This document shows positions 11,876-25,299 of a DNA stretch of 64,000 bases, one piece after another. Numbering within the stretch: the first letter of the stretch is position 1; the number at the start of each line of letters is the position of its first letter. The stretch is from Lingula anatina (Eukaryota > Animalia > Brachiopoda): NCBI GenBank assembly GCA_051362555.1, contig CM120646.1:11036001-11100000 (forward strand), written 5' to 3'. Below the pieces are notes generated by a model. The model did not search any database. It saw nothing but the letters and a program-made list of their open reading frames with translations, and was not told the origin of the DNA. The translations under genes and the position numbers were made by a program.

Positions 11876-12564
11876 TATTAATATTATGTCCTTTGGCAGT
11901 GAGGACAGACGTTCACTTGAATGTCATTTTCACAAACCACAGTTGGGACGTTTTCTTTTGACTTCTCCTTGGTGATTTTTCACCGGGTTGTGCCATAAAA
12001 AAGCCATCTATTACCGACTAAAAAAAGCTCATGGCGACCATCCTCAGTCACCACCTTATAATCGCTTTCTATGATATCGTTCCCTTCCAGCACATCGTCC
12101 AAATAATTACCTGTGAAAAAAATCGTCAGCATACAGCGGCGCTTTGACATTTCTGATCTCGAATTCTAACGCGAAATAACGCATATGAAATTTATCTCCA
12201 AGCTGAGGAGAGCGACGCAGACGAAACCTTGAGACCGGAGGCCCCCCGTAGCTAGCTCCGCCCACCGTAACAGACATCGGACAATAGAAAGGCTTGCGTG
12301 TAATCTCCTTCTGTTATAACTCCTTGATTAAAGATACATTTGAACCAAGCGTTTTTTTTTCTACGAATCAAGAAACGTCGATAAACAGATTTAATCACTC
12401 AATTAACCATAAAAGAGCTTTAAAAGTGCACGTTCTTCACATTTGTGGTCGTACATTGACCTTCTTACTGACCTACTTATCTGCCCCTGTTATATAGGCC
12501 TACAGCTCAGCAAGTAGGCCTAAGCAGGAAATATCACTTTTCGGGAATAGCTTGGTATATCTTA

Positions 12565-12779
12565 GACCCCATTTCCAGAGATTAGATCGATCTACTTTAG
12601 ATCGACCTAACTCCCTGGGGGTTCACGCTAAATAGCTGTCAGCCGAGCGGACACGAAAGTTAATTACCCCCTTACAGCTTGTAGTAGGCGGGACGGACAT
12701 TTAAGCCAGATTATCTGACAGTAATCTAGTGAGACTCCCCGCGGGGATAGATCGATCTAAAAGCTCTGGGAATACAGCC
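12565..12779 (+). mobile_element. ~215-bp MITE, PIF/Harbinger-like
   Basis: Imperfect TIRs and a TTA on each side. Near-identical copies at 62846-63061 and 63522-63736. Confidence 0.8.
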
Positions 12780-13667
12780 TTAGTTATGCCATTTGAAACT
12801 ACAGCATATGTTGGCATTTGATCAGTTCTTGTGACAAAAATTTGCATCTTTAAAATATCGAAGTAACAGAGTAAAGCATGGGCGTGACCAAAATGTTCTG
12901 CGGCTGGTGAGGATTGAACTCAGATGGTTAACTAAAAATTCACAATCAAGGGGAAAGAGTAAGCCCTTTTAGCTAGTCATAGATTTGGGCAAATACTACA
13001 TGTACCTCCCCATCCTCAATGGGAGTAGGATTGAGAAGCCGTCGTGCAGCATACACAGCTCATACACATGGGGGCCTTCGAGAATGAGAACAGCCAACCC
13101 AGTGTAGTACGGTACAACACTGTTCAGACACCAGCTGGCCTTCAAGAATGAGAACTAACAGTTAATCCATTGTAATACAATAGCGCAAGAAGTGCAACCT
13201 AATACTACCGCCTGGTGATGAGTATATGGACCACACAGACCACGTTCTAACAGACGACCGAAGCCAAGGAAAGTGGTAAGCATTGGTAAGCATCCCACAG
13301 GCGACTGTACGCTAACTCGATCACCTATTTAGGAGCCCAAGGTTGGCAGCTAGGTGTTGTGATAATCAGAATAACTTTCAGTCAGATACTGGAATATGGT
13401 AGATTATTAAGAACATTATAGGATTTTGTACATCAAGGTAATCTGTAATGGCTTCTAAATGCATCGCTACCCATTCCTTTTTTTTTTTATTCACACTGTT
13501 TTATTTGATTGACATTTTATTGTACATGAAAAGTGAAGGATTTAAAATAAAATTCAAAAAGAAAATACTATGTTAAGATAAAGCACATTGATGTTTTATT
13601 ATAACTTTGTCAAAGAGAAGAAAAGCAAAAACTTGATAAACGAAATTTAATTTTTACTTTGCATCTC

Positions 13668-16447
13668 TCATTTTAATTTGCAAAGATCTTCTCTGTACGT
13701 AGACACTTCGTGGAGTTCTTTTGTGACGTCATACCAAGAGATGACGTTCCCTCCAAAATTATCCCCACAGTTTGCCACTGCTGCCACGTCAACATTGTCG
13801 GTGTTCCAAACATTGATGCTCGTGATGTCACCAACATATGCTTGTGTAGCTTCAAATCCGCCGCCTACCGTATCTTGATCTTGTCCAACAATCCAAACTC
13901 CATCTTAAAATAAGTTGAACAAATAACATATAATCGTTTTGTTTTATTTTATTTTATTTTATTTTTTTTAATCATTGTAGTATAAATGTTAATGAATATA
14001 CAATATAAAGGTAGGTACCTTCTATAGAAAAATGATGCCACATTACACAATAGGAGGCAAGTATTTTACTTATTTGGTTTAAAAAATATAAAGGAGTTAT
14101 TCATCTCTGGTAAAGATTTGGAATAAGAACAATGGGTTAACACCCATTGTATTATCACAGAATAGGAAGTGACTCCAAAGTCCCAAAAGTTAAAAAATAA
14201 CCATAAAACAGAGCAAAAAATCCTCGCCTTTTTTTATTTTCCTCAAAAATCCGTAGCTGTTATAAATATATCCCAATATTGAGGTATTAATAAATGATAA
14301 GTATTTTCTTACTTGCTGGTATGGTTTTGTCTGTCTGGAAGCCAGTGCCCGCCGCTGCAGCCATGCCGTCCTTGTAAACCGTCCACTTCCCACCACGATT
14401 GTTCCAAGAGAAGCACCAGTGGTGCCAGGCCCCATCATGGACTTTAGACACAGATGTGTCTTTATTTGAGTTAAATACGTAGTTGTAGATGGCCCCATTT
14501 TCCTTGTACGCAAAGAGGAAAGCGTTGTCCATACCACTGGCGGCGTAGGACAGGAAATGTGAATTTCCATTTCCAGTAAAGGCGGTCTTAGCCCTCAGGC
14601 ACGCTGTCATGGCGGTCATCGCAGGAGTGGCTGCCTGCAGCTTCACGTAGCTCTTTGTGGTCTGTGGCGATGGCAAGCGAAGGATCGTAGTTTTATCTGG
14701 AAATAATTAAGGGGCATCTGGCTTGAAATATGTCACATAGAGCAGGATCCCGGAGGGTTGAGCATGCCCGGAAAGATCACCAATTTTCATGTTCCTGGCA
14801 ATGACCCACATGGTTACCTATATATGAAAATGGGAGTCTGCCGTGTTTCCAGTGGTGGGTGTGGTCAGGGGGGTCCAAAACATAGACCCCTCAAATCCAG
14901 CTAGCAGGACTTTTTAGGGGAACCCTAAGAAACCTATTGGGGGTCCTCCAGCATGGCCTCAGGTATATTAAATGGATACTGACAGACAAATTGAGTGGTG
15001 GGGTGTGGCCGGCAGACCCTGATTTATAGGGGGTGGAAATCCGGCTAGCAGGACCTAAAAGTTAACCCTTAGAAAATAACTGGAAAATGTTCCTTAGAGT
15101 CCCAGGAAGGTAAAATGACCAACGACAGACAATTTAAGTGGTGGGTAGTGCCCGGCAGACACGCCCAAAGAGCCACACCCCTAATGTACAGCTAGCATGC
15201 CCCAAAAGTTAACCCTTAGAAAATAACTAGAAAATGTTCCTTAGAGTCCCAGGAAGATAAAATAACCAACGACAGATAATTTAAATGGTGGGTAGTGCCC
15301 GGCAGACACACCCAAAGAGCCACACCCTAATGTACAGCTAGCTGTACCAGTAATGTAACTCGTTCAAAACAAGCCGGATAATGTTCAGAAGAGTTCTAGG
15401 ATGTAGTATTGACCACTGGTAGACAATTGAAGTGGTGGGTACTACCCAGCAGACACACCCAAAGGGTCACACCCTTAATTGGTAGATATTGCCCTTAAGA
15501 AATTCCCATGATACTCCACCCTTGGTGTTCAGCTGACCCAACCTGTTTCAAATTATTTTGAACAAAACTGCAGAATAATCTATTCATAAAGATACATTTT
15601 TATTTGAACATTGTTATTTAACTTACAAATGCATACAGAAATGACAAAAAAATTAAACAATATCATGACCACATCAATTTGGCACATTAAACAAACAAGG
15701 ACATGAAAAAAATTGAGCCCGAAAATAAGTGTGGTATATAATTCAATATTTTAATAATTTTTTCAAGTTGAAGAATAATGGTTATTTTCATTTTCTTGTG
15801 AAATTTTAATGTAATAAGTTTTTGTCAATTTGGTATACAATTACATCGCTTTATTGCATCATTATCAAACACATTTTATTATTTCTACTGATTATGCATG
15901 TTGACATCCAAAAAACAACACCCATTGTAGAGTTCAAATCCACCCTTAAAAATTATCAGTGGGTGAAAAATGGAAAAAAAATGTTTCACTCATCAAATTC
16001 TGAGTCTGATTCCTCACTCCATGCTTCGCTCTTTGTATCTGATGTAGGATCTCTGTCTTCTTCACTTGACACAAATAAAATTAAAATTTAAATAATACAC
16101 TTCTCTGAATCGCTTTTTATAATTGTTGATATATATATCAACAATTACAAAATATATAATATAAATAGTGCTTATTGTCTGCCCTATTTTTTTACAGGAT
16201 ACTGTAATTTAAAACTACAAAAATAATGAGACAAGTGAAAAGTATGCAAATATTTTGCAAAATCGGTAACTTACCGACGTGACCCAAATGTTCACTTCTT
16301 TGTGAAATACCATGTATTGTGACCTTTAAAAAATATGGTCTATTTACTAAGCCTCTATCCTTCCTGAAGTATGGGCAAAGAGAACAACTTACCAGAGATG
16401 GACAACCCAGCGTAGAGAAGTAAAACAGACGCTGTTAAAAAGCGCAT
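13668..16447 (-). CDS. Short pentraxin (CRP/SAP-like), copy A; exons 16447-16393, 14696-14313, 13903-13668
   Basis: Signal peptide MRFLTASVLLLYAGLSIS, pentraxin signature WHHWCFSWNN and GVWIVGQDQDTVGGGF. GT-AG introns with consistent phases. Confidence 0.92.
14900..15480. repeat. Tandem repeat of about four ~147-bp units in pentraxin A intron 1
   Basis: Recurring GCTAGC...AAAGTTAACCCTTAGAAAATAACT...GACAGACAATTTAAGTGGTGGGTAGTGCCCGGCAGACAC at about 14900, 15044, 15191 and 15337. Confidence 0.8.
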
Positions 16448-17029
16448 GGTTCTTCTCTGACAGGGCTCCAGATGAGTATCACTAAACAGGCGAAAGGCTG
16501 TTAGTATACTCACGCGTAAATTACTACTTATATAGTGCTTATTGTCTGTCCTGTTTATTGAAACATCACGTTTCTCGTATCAGGTAATAACCAGCTACAC
16601 GGATGTAAATATCTGACTACAGGAACTGAAGCTTAGAGCCAATTATAAGTTCATATCAAATATCCGACCTAAGGATATTGTCACCCTTCACCCAAAACTT
16701 CTTATTTACTGCCTTACAAACATTCTTTTGGGTAATAGATAAATCTTCAGTGTTTAGTGACTAAATGAATTAACATTTTCACACATGTCATCGTATGGTG
16801 ACGTCATAATTGAGATTTGGGGGTGAAAACTAAAAAATCGGTTTCTCAAATTAATCTTTAGCCTGGGCACCCACGACACCGTTTCAACGCCAATTCAATG
16901 ACACCATATAGTACCCCCAAATCCTGCCAGTGATTTTTCTTAAAAGTTTTAGTTCAGACTGTATCGTTGATAAAGCAAAACAATGCCCTTCTTTAATAAA
17001 AATCTGTAATTAGGGGCTCATAACTCCAT

Positions 17030-17068
<39 letters not shown>

Positions 17069-18197
17069 TCGAGGTTTTTTTAATTGATGCATTATTGAAT
17101 AATTAGATACAGGAAAAATCTCATTTTCGGTATCTGGATGATAACAAAGGGTTACAATATCCTTAAAGCCCAATACACGTGCACGTTTACTGACGATTTT
17201 CAACAATTGAATGGAAAACGACTGTTTGTGGTGGCCAAAAATAAGGATTTTCCTGGTTTAAACGAAAAATTTCCCATACTTGCAAAATGTTAATGAATAC
17301 ATTCAGACATTTTCATTTAGTTCATGTTTTTTATATTTATTTATTTATTTTTTTTTTTTGTAATAATCTCTTAAAGTATGGTCATCTACGAAGGTCCACA
17401 TGGTCTGATGGCAAGCAGAATATTTACAATAATGTCGAGGTTCACGTTTGTAAACCTGTCAAACTTCGCCAATGTGCATACACATTTTGGGGCTGGCAAA
17501 GCAACAATTGCATAACGTCAATTATATTTGTGGCTTCAGTTGCATTGTATATCTGCATAAAAGAACAAAACCGCGTTGATAAAGTTTGAAGAGGAGACGC
17601 GCTCTGTTTTGAAGCGTGTTAAGTACGTGAACCACTCCATAGTGAATCTCTCTGATGACAAATACTTCTTTAATCATATTAAGAAGTTAAACAGCATAAA
17701 ATTATGTAACCATAAATAATCAAATTTTATCACCTCGACGGACCTCGACGCCGGCCACTCATCTGGAGTGGGTTTGACATTGCACATAATCTAGATGTTA
17801 GTGCGACAGCTGAGATTCAAGGGATAACGGAAAATGAAAATCATCGCTTAATTGCTGTAAACCATCATCAGACGCGGTCGTGCGTACGGCTTCAATGTGT
17901 GCTGGGGATATTTGCGGTAAATGTCGAATTTGTTATCAATCTTCAGGTCCTGTAGTCAGATATTACATCAGTTTAATGGTTATTATCTGATACGAGAATC
18001 GTAATGTTCCAATAAACAGGACAGACATAAGCACTATATAACTAACAAATTACGCTGGTTATTATCTATTACGAGAAACGTGATGTTCCAATAAGCAGGA
18101 CAGACAATAAGCACTATATAACTAATTACGCATACATATACTAACAGTATTTCGTCTGTTTAGTGAAACTCACCTGGAGCTCTGTGCGTCAAGAACC

Positions 18198-20178
18198 ATG
18201 CACTTTTTAGCAGCGTCTGTTTTACTTCTCTACGTTGGGTTGTCCATCTCTGGTAAGTTGTGCTCTTTGCTCATACTTCAGGAAGGATATAGGCTTAGTA
18301 GTAATAGAAATGGACGCACCAGTAGGCCCTAAATTTTAACGGTACATAGCTACGTTGTATCATTTCACAGAAAGCGAACATTTGAGTCACGTCAGTAAAT
18401 TACCGATTTTGAATAATAGGCCTATTTATATAATTTTGACTTGTCTCGTTATTTTATAGTTTTATATTTTAATACCCTGTAAAATAAAAACAAATGAACA
18501 GTGATTAAAAAGCGATAAAAAGAAGTTTTATATAAATTTAAATTTAAATATTTCAATATTATACAAAATGCGTCACTGGCATGACTAGAATATTCCTATT
18601 TTGTTGTATGATCCGCGTATTTTAATGCCTTAAGCACCTTGCATCTGTTTAACCAAAGCCTGCCAATAATTTTCATACTACTAATTTGTGTTCCACAAAG
18701 ACACTTTAAAAATGGGTTATTTCGGCATTTTAGCTGCGGTCCTTGAACATGTGATTTCCTTGATTGAATGGAAATGCCTTTTTTACTTTCATTGATTACT
18801 ACAGCCATTAAATATGATTTTGTCGACTTTGACTGCGTGGACTACAGGCCTACCCAACTACCACACTCGGCACCGAATGATCCTGAATTCACCGGTGGGT
18901 CGGACCACTACCCGTTTTCAAGGTGTGTATCAGTACGCGCTTGGAAGTATCAGACGCGACACCACTATTGCCTAGTACGCGATGTGATAGTGAGGATTCT
19001 CAGCGGGGTTGGAAAGCAGTGCATCTCATTTCAAAATTTGATAGTGTGAAATGCGTACTGACGCACACCTTGAAAACGGGTAGTGTGGTCCGTTCTACCG
19101 GCGAATTCGGGATCATTCGGTACCCAGTGTGGTAGTTGGGTAGGCCTGAATTAGTAGCTTGTTACACAGTCTTAGAAAAACTGCGTTAAGTCGAAATAAA
19201 AATCCAAGGCTGCACTTGCTTGTCGAAACATCCCAAAAGATCAAAAACCGGCTACATAGTTTAGACAAATCTCCCGTGATTATATCCAGATAAAACTACA
19301 ACTCTCCGATGGCCATCGCCACCGACCACAAAGAGCTACGTGAAGCTGCAGGCAGCCACTCCTGCGATGACCGCCATGACAGCGTGTCTGCGGGCTAAGA
19401 CCGCCTTCACTGGAAATGCCGAGTCATATCTCCTGTCTTACGCTGTGCCTTTAAAGGACAACGCTTTCCTCCTTGGGTACAAGAAAAATGGATCCATCGT
19501 ACTCCATGTATTTAACGCAATGAAAGACACATCCGTGTCTAAAGTCCATGATGGGGCCTGGCACCACTGGTGCTTCTCTTGGAACAATCGTGGTGGGAAG
19601 TGGACGGTTTACAAGGACGGCATGCCTGCAGAGGCGGGCACTGGCTTCCAAACAGACAAAACCATACCAGCAAGTAAGAAATACTTATCATTTATTAATA
19701 AGTCAGTATCTTGGGTATATAAATCGGTGACATCTATAAGAAAGACAATCAGTAAATATTTATGCGAATGGCGCTAATAGTCTATAAAAGTAACTGTTGC
19801 TGTTGGCACTTTCAGTAGTGATAGTGGTCAGTTTTGTGCCGAAAATGTATTTCTGATAGGTACCTAGTTTATAAGGTATTCAGAAACTTTATACTTGCAT
19901 CATCAAAAAATGAAATAAAATAAAAAGAAGATATGTTTTTAGATGGAGTTTGGATTGTTGGACAAGATCAAGATACGGTTGGCGGCGGGTTTGTCGCTAG
20001 TCAAGCCTATGTTGGTGACATCACTAGCATCAATGTTTGGAACACCGACAATGTTAATGTTGCAGCAGTGGCAAACTGTGGCGATAATTTTGGAGGAAAC
20101 GTCATCTCTTGGTATGCCGTCACAAAAGAAGTTCACGAATTGTCTACGTACAGAGAAGATTTTTGCAAAGTCGTGTAA
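18198..20178 (+). CDS. Short pentraxin, copy B; exons 18198-18252, 19290-19673, 19943-20178
   Basis: Inverted paralogue of copy A with the same exon sizes (55/384/236). Contains MHFLAASVLLLYVGLSIS, WHHWCFSWNN and GQDQD. Confidence 0.92.
18845..19148. mobile_element. Foldback MITE with long TIRs (CAGGCCTACCCAACTACC...)
   Basis: Imperfect inverted arms of roughly 100 bp. Same family as 27922-28197. Confidence 0.85.
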
Positions 20179-20462
20179 GAGATACAAAGTAAAAATCAAA
20201 TTTTGTTTGTCTTTGACAAATGTATAAATAAGCATCAAAGTATTGACTTTTTAAACTTTTATATTAAATCCAGGGTATATTTTGTAGCACAGATGCTCCA
20301 ATTAACGACTCCAGCCATAAATTAAGAGTCCCCATATAAAATAAGTTGCCACAATTTGGCCAGCTTGCACCTGGGTTTCTGACTATGAATAATTTGAGAA
20401 AAGAGAAGTTCGGTTTTACGTGTCGACCGTTTTCTTTAAAAAAAAAAAAAACAAATGGTTCA

Positions 20463-20547
20463 AGCCAGAACAGGGACTGAAACCCTTGACCCTCAGATAC
20501 CTTGATATGTTAAAATTCTGATGCTCTACCGACTGAGCCATCCGGGC
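20463..20547 (-). pseudogene. Degenerate tRNA-Lys(TTT) with a 12-nt intron
   Basis: GCCCGGATGGCTCAGTCGGTAGAGCATCAGAATTTTA[ACATATCAAGGT]ATCTGAGGGTCAAGGGTTTCAGTCCCTGTTCTGGC. The T-loop/B-box and acceptor stem are mutated relative to the copy at 26670. Confidence 0.85.
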
Positions 20548-21059
20548 ATTACGTTCTGAGCTTCTCAAGAATATTTTTGCGAAATTAGCAAAGTATATGT
20601 GCTGTGTGACTTAAAAGGGAGATTACGTAAAACAAATATCATGCTCATTTCTTTGTCTTAAATGTAGTGGATTGCTTTTATCTGACCGACCCCTAAGAAG
20701 TGATGAAGGTAAATTTAAGAAGCTGTAAATTAAACTTGACTACAAAATCAATGTGTTCATGTCCAAAAGCGAAATCTTTGTCGCTTTAAGGATGCTTAAT
20801 CTGAGGCAGAGAGGTGTCTTTCATTCAGTAAGTTATTACTTAAAATACTGTCATGCACACAATCAGCTATTTTACACAAAAAGTTTAACAATAATATCAC
20901 TAAAATAAAAGATTTCTAGTCCCTGTTTGAGGAAAACAATCCATGTTCAGATACAAAGGTGACCCTCTTTTTGGTCAGGACATCTTTCCTTTAACGAAGT
21001 TCTTTAAACATGGTAACAGAATCTCTGAAATGATAAAACAGGAACTACAAGTGGCAACC

Positions 21060-22825
21060 TCAACAAAACAATTTTAAGACGTTAAACATGACAAGTATGG
21101 CAAATATGGCGCTGAAATGGACTTGAACCCCTTCACTAGCCACTGGCGTCGTGGACGGTGCGGAGGAGGTGGACCTGGCGAGTATCTCAGGGATGGTGTC
21201 TAACCACAGGTCAATGCGCCGTGGTATGACGTCACTTTTATTGACGATGACGTCACCAATGTCTAGATACTCCTCCCTCGTATACGTATACTGGGGCCAT
21301 GGACTTGGTACAGTATCGGGATTGTAAGGGTTTCTGGAAAGTTGCAAACTACAAATATTTCAAAGCTTAAGGTAAAGTGCAATGTACGCGTTTGAATATT
21401 AACCAATGTCATATTCTCCACGTCTATATCCCGCACTTCTTTACACATCTAACTATGTACGTCTTCAAAGTAAACGTACTCAGACTTACCCAGTTTTTGC
21501 AAAGTTTGCAAAGTAGATCATAAAAGCTCTGGGAACGTTCTTTTCTAATTCCGTGAAGGTGCCGTTGAATAGAGCAGTACCGTCAGGCCCTAACATGAAG
21601 ACGACCTCGTCCCCTGGTTTACCCCCTTAAACCACTCAGGTACTAGCAGGAGATGCTGGAATGACGGTTCCTTGGTGAAGTAGTAAAGATAGGTGGAGCC
21701 ACCATAAGATGATTTCTAAGGAAGCCAACTGTCGGTACAGAAAAATAGATATCAGTATAGAGGTTGACCATTAGGTGACCAGTCATTACCATGCTGGTAT
21801 TAGCAATGTAATACACTTCTCTTAGTTTCTGTGCTATTTCATCTTTGTGGTAGGCGGAAGTCCGGGAAGCAAACTGAGGAAGAAAAGTGTCCTTCATAAA
21901 AGAGGGCGGTACACCAAGGGTTATGTTGGTTGGTGGGAAAAGGAGGTTAACTCCGCCATCAGTGTCCATGAATCCACCCATGTAGTCTAGGGACAGAAAA
22001 TGTGTCAACGCAGTTGAGTTGGGATCCTTCAGCATTTCTTCCAAACAACGAGGAAACATGTCGCCGTCGACAACAGGGGCAAAAAGGGCTGAATACCGTC
22101 CTGGGAACATTGACTGGTCGGACGCTTTCAGCAGGGCGGTAGCATTGGCTGCACGGAGACAGACCACCAACGATGCTGCAGTGTTACACCCAAGATTTTG
22201 TCCAACCTTGGTAGCGACGTCAGGACCGTCTTTTACCCAGGTCCCATCGGTTAGTGCGGTGCCACTCATGGATATAAAACGATGGAAAAGACCCATGGAG
22301 GCCACCGTCATAGCCAGTTGTGAAACACTACCGCCACCTGCCGATTCTCCGAAAATAGTCACACTGAAATAGTCATTTAGATACACACAATAAGTCGACA
22401 CAATTTGGTCATAAAATTTCGATCAACCTCTTAAAATGTTACTAATAAAAACGAACTCAGGATGCGCATATAGATACACAGTATTGATGCGTACTAGACA
22501 ATTAAATACGTTTTACTTGTTATCATTTTGCTCTTTTTTGGGGGGGAAGAATTGCCCACTGTTTTACTCATTATTGAAGAACTTATCCATTTTGTGACAA
22601 TTTCCATTGATTTAAATTGGTTCATGTGACAGTGGTAAAACACTTACTTATTGGGGTCTCCACCAAAATTTCTTATATTATCTTGCATCCATTTGAGTCA
22701 CTCTATTTGATCCCAGAATCCAGCGTTACCAGGAGCTTTGGCGTCACCAGTGGTCAAGAATCCAAATGGACCCACGAGGTAGTTGACTGATACCACGATG
22801 ACGTCATTTCGTACCACTAGTGACA
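21060..22825 (-). pseudogene. Carboxylesterase pseudogene, 3' exons only, with a GPI-signal-like C-terminus
   Basis: [25 protein letters not shown] (in-frame TGA near 22698), FGGDPN and VTIFGESAGG are present. There is a frameshift near 21700, the catalytic His site reads GVNQGDE, and no 5' exons were found. Confidence 0.85.
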
Positions 22826-25299
22826 TAGAAAACATTTCAGAATTTTCAATACAATTCAACGCCACTGTTACACATGCAGTTTGGAACTCGTACTAAGTTA
22901 AAGCAATAATAACTCTTCCTTTGAGATTCAAAATTCCGCATGAAATACATTTTAAACAACGCATGGAAATATATTCTATCGTATTTTACCACTAAAACGG
23001 CCGTTATTGGAGTAAAACTAAAATCTGTGCTTGTCAATGGGGCTTACGATGCCATTTTTCCCAGTCATCAAGGCATTCGTTGCTAATGACGTAATGGTGT
23101 CACGCGGATTCTCGCGTTCATTCGAGACCAAAATAACATGGCGCCAAACACATTAATGCGGACGCAGACGTAAGTTGCGAGTTTTTGTACAGTGCGTCGG
23201 ATAACGTAAAGCCCAGAATGGCACACATTGTGGATATAAATGCATTTTTAACAAAAAGACGAATATATTTCATGAATCTTATATAGTGTTGTTGTTGTCT
23301 GCTTTTCCCGCGGTTTTAAGTAGGTCACCAGTGACTTTGCAATGTCAGAGAGAGCTCCGTCAGTTAAAGGGTTTGCTTCATGCCGTCAGAATGGCCTGAA
23401 CGGAACATATTCTTCAGAAAACATGCCCAACTAACGATATCTTTATCCAAATACACAAATTAAAAGCTCATTTTGTAAATTTTTGGCTTTAAAAAACGTC
23501 CTATTTGCTCGGCCTGGGAGTTAATGAGCTACGTGGTCACGTGGTCCAATGACGACAATCGAGCCACTGGAGAACAGAGCGTGCTTAGCTGTCAAACTGA
23601 GCTGCATTGTCTACCTGTAAGATGACTTCTCTGGCTTCTGATAAAAGTTTATACTCATTCAAATCTCTTACCCGAGGGGTCTAAATCCTCGTGAAGCTGT
23701 GTAAAACCATTTCCCGTCTAGTCATTTCTTTAACAAGCATTTCATTATGGTTATCCCAAGTTGTATAAAACACTGCATTTGAATGAGTTAAGGGAAATGT
23801 TGATTATTGCATATGAGGTCCATGTTATTTGTGAAATTCAATTTATTTTATTAAACCGCTGACACTCCGTCTTGCATACTTTTATTAAACTGAGGTAAAC
23901 AATGCCCGTTACCTTTACAAGTCCTATCTTAATCATCCATCTACCTGGAACTTCCTTTACCTCTTAATTAGAGGGTTAAATGGCATTCAATTTGTCTTGC
24001 TTGTATCGAACGCACTCTCTATCTAAGCTTTTCTCCAGTTATCTCAGGTAAAAATCTACCTGTGCGTTAGTTACAAAGCGCAGCTCCCGTAGACCTGGGG
24101 GTACTAGATAAAATCTGAACACCAGGTTTATCGAGGAGCTAGAGAAAGAAAGGAAGAATTTTTCCTGCAAAACTTCATAGGAATGTTAACACGGACTTGA
24201 TCCAGCTTAGACCTCCAAACTAACAGGGTGACATGGGCAATTTTCACAAACAAATCATAAAACTATATTTCAGTTAACCGCCTTTAAAATAAATATACCG
24301 TTCTGGGTAAATTAAAATAGTTATTAAATCGCAAGAATATTTTTGACTTAAATGATGATTTTATTATTAATGGAAATTAAGCTACTATATGAGGTACATT
24401 TGCTGTGATTACGCTGTCCTTCATGTTTTGCGTAAGTCTACATTTTGCTGTATGTGCTTGTAATCTTTTTAAATATGTGCGTACAATTTTTGCAGGTCTG
24501 GTTACCCCCCTGTTATGTGATGAGAGTATTAATTTGGCAATCAGTTCCTTAGCTTATTTGAATAGAATTGCAGTGTAAAATTTTTAACAAGATGTTGGCG
24601 AAATAGCCCATTACTCTTTGTAGGTATTTCCCCCGTCAAAGTTTGTCTAAAATTATCTTTCAATCTTTACTCTTTCAAAGACAGTATAAAGTTACCTGAC
24701 ATATTTTCGTGTAAACTTAATGACAAGCCAAGTGTCTCCAGTTCATTCCGTACTCAATTTTACCCAAGCAAATTTTTTTCTTGAGTAGATCTTTATAGCA
24801 CGTTGTTATAAGCTTACAAATTTGCAAAAAAAAAATTGCGTACTGACGCAGAATTTGCGTTTCAAGTTATAAAATAATCAATCTTTTAAATTCTTTAATA
24901 TTTCAGATGAAATAATCTTCAGAAACAAATCCTCAAAGCATAAACGAATTAGGATAACGAACCATTTTATTATAGCAGTTCCCATTTTTTCTTTAATATA
25001 ACGCTCTTTTTCCTGTTTTTCCTCAACACGTTTTCTTCCACGGAAGCTTCAAGATACCCTGAGAGCAATTTCTTTTATTAATGTTCGCGACCGTGTTTGA
25101 ACTTAATTGTTTAAGTATTGATATTTAACGTCATTTACAAATACCAATAAAATAACCCCATGAAATAAATGAGATATATTGAAAAATATGAAAGCCCACC
25201 AAGACGAGTTTCATACCTGTTATTACCTGGCTTGGGAATTGCAGCGGTGCATAATTAACAGGTTTGTTGTAAACGAGCTTTTGGTCAACTACAATGCAT

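Larger units (their letters stand above)
1726..12326. mobile_element. Non-autonomous P-superfamily-like DNA transposon with a nested LINE
   Basis: Perfect 31-bp TIRs CAAGGAGTTATAACAGAAGGAGATTACACGC at 1726-1756 and 12296-12326. 7-bp TSD ATTAAAG at 1719-1725 and 12327-12333. CAAGG ends with a 7-8 bp TSD fit the P superfamily. No transposase ORF was recognised. Confidence 0.8.

Noticed and set aside
12901-12925. B-box-like tRNA fragment GGTGAGGATTGAACTCA
   Set aside because: Too short to form a cloverleaf.
14900-15480. Tandem units as a CRISPR-like array
   Set aside because: The units are homologous along their whole length with no unique spacers, the context is a eukaryotic intron and there are no cas genes.
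22698-22700. In-frame TGA in the esterase as selenocysteine or readthrough
   Set aside because: The position is normally a small non-Cys residue, and the same gene has a frameshift and has lost its catalytic His, so pseudogenisation is simpler.
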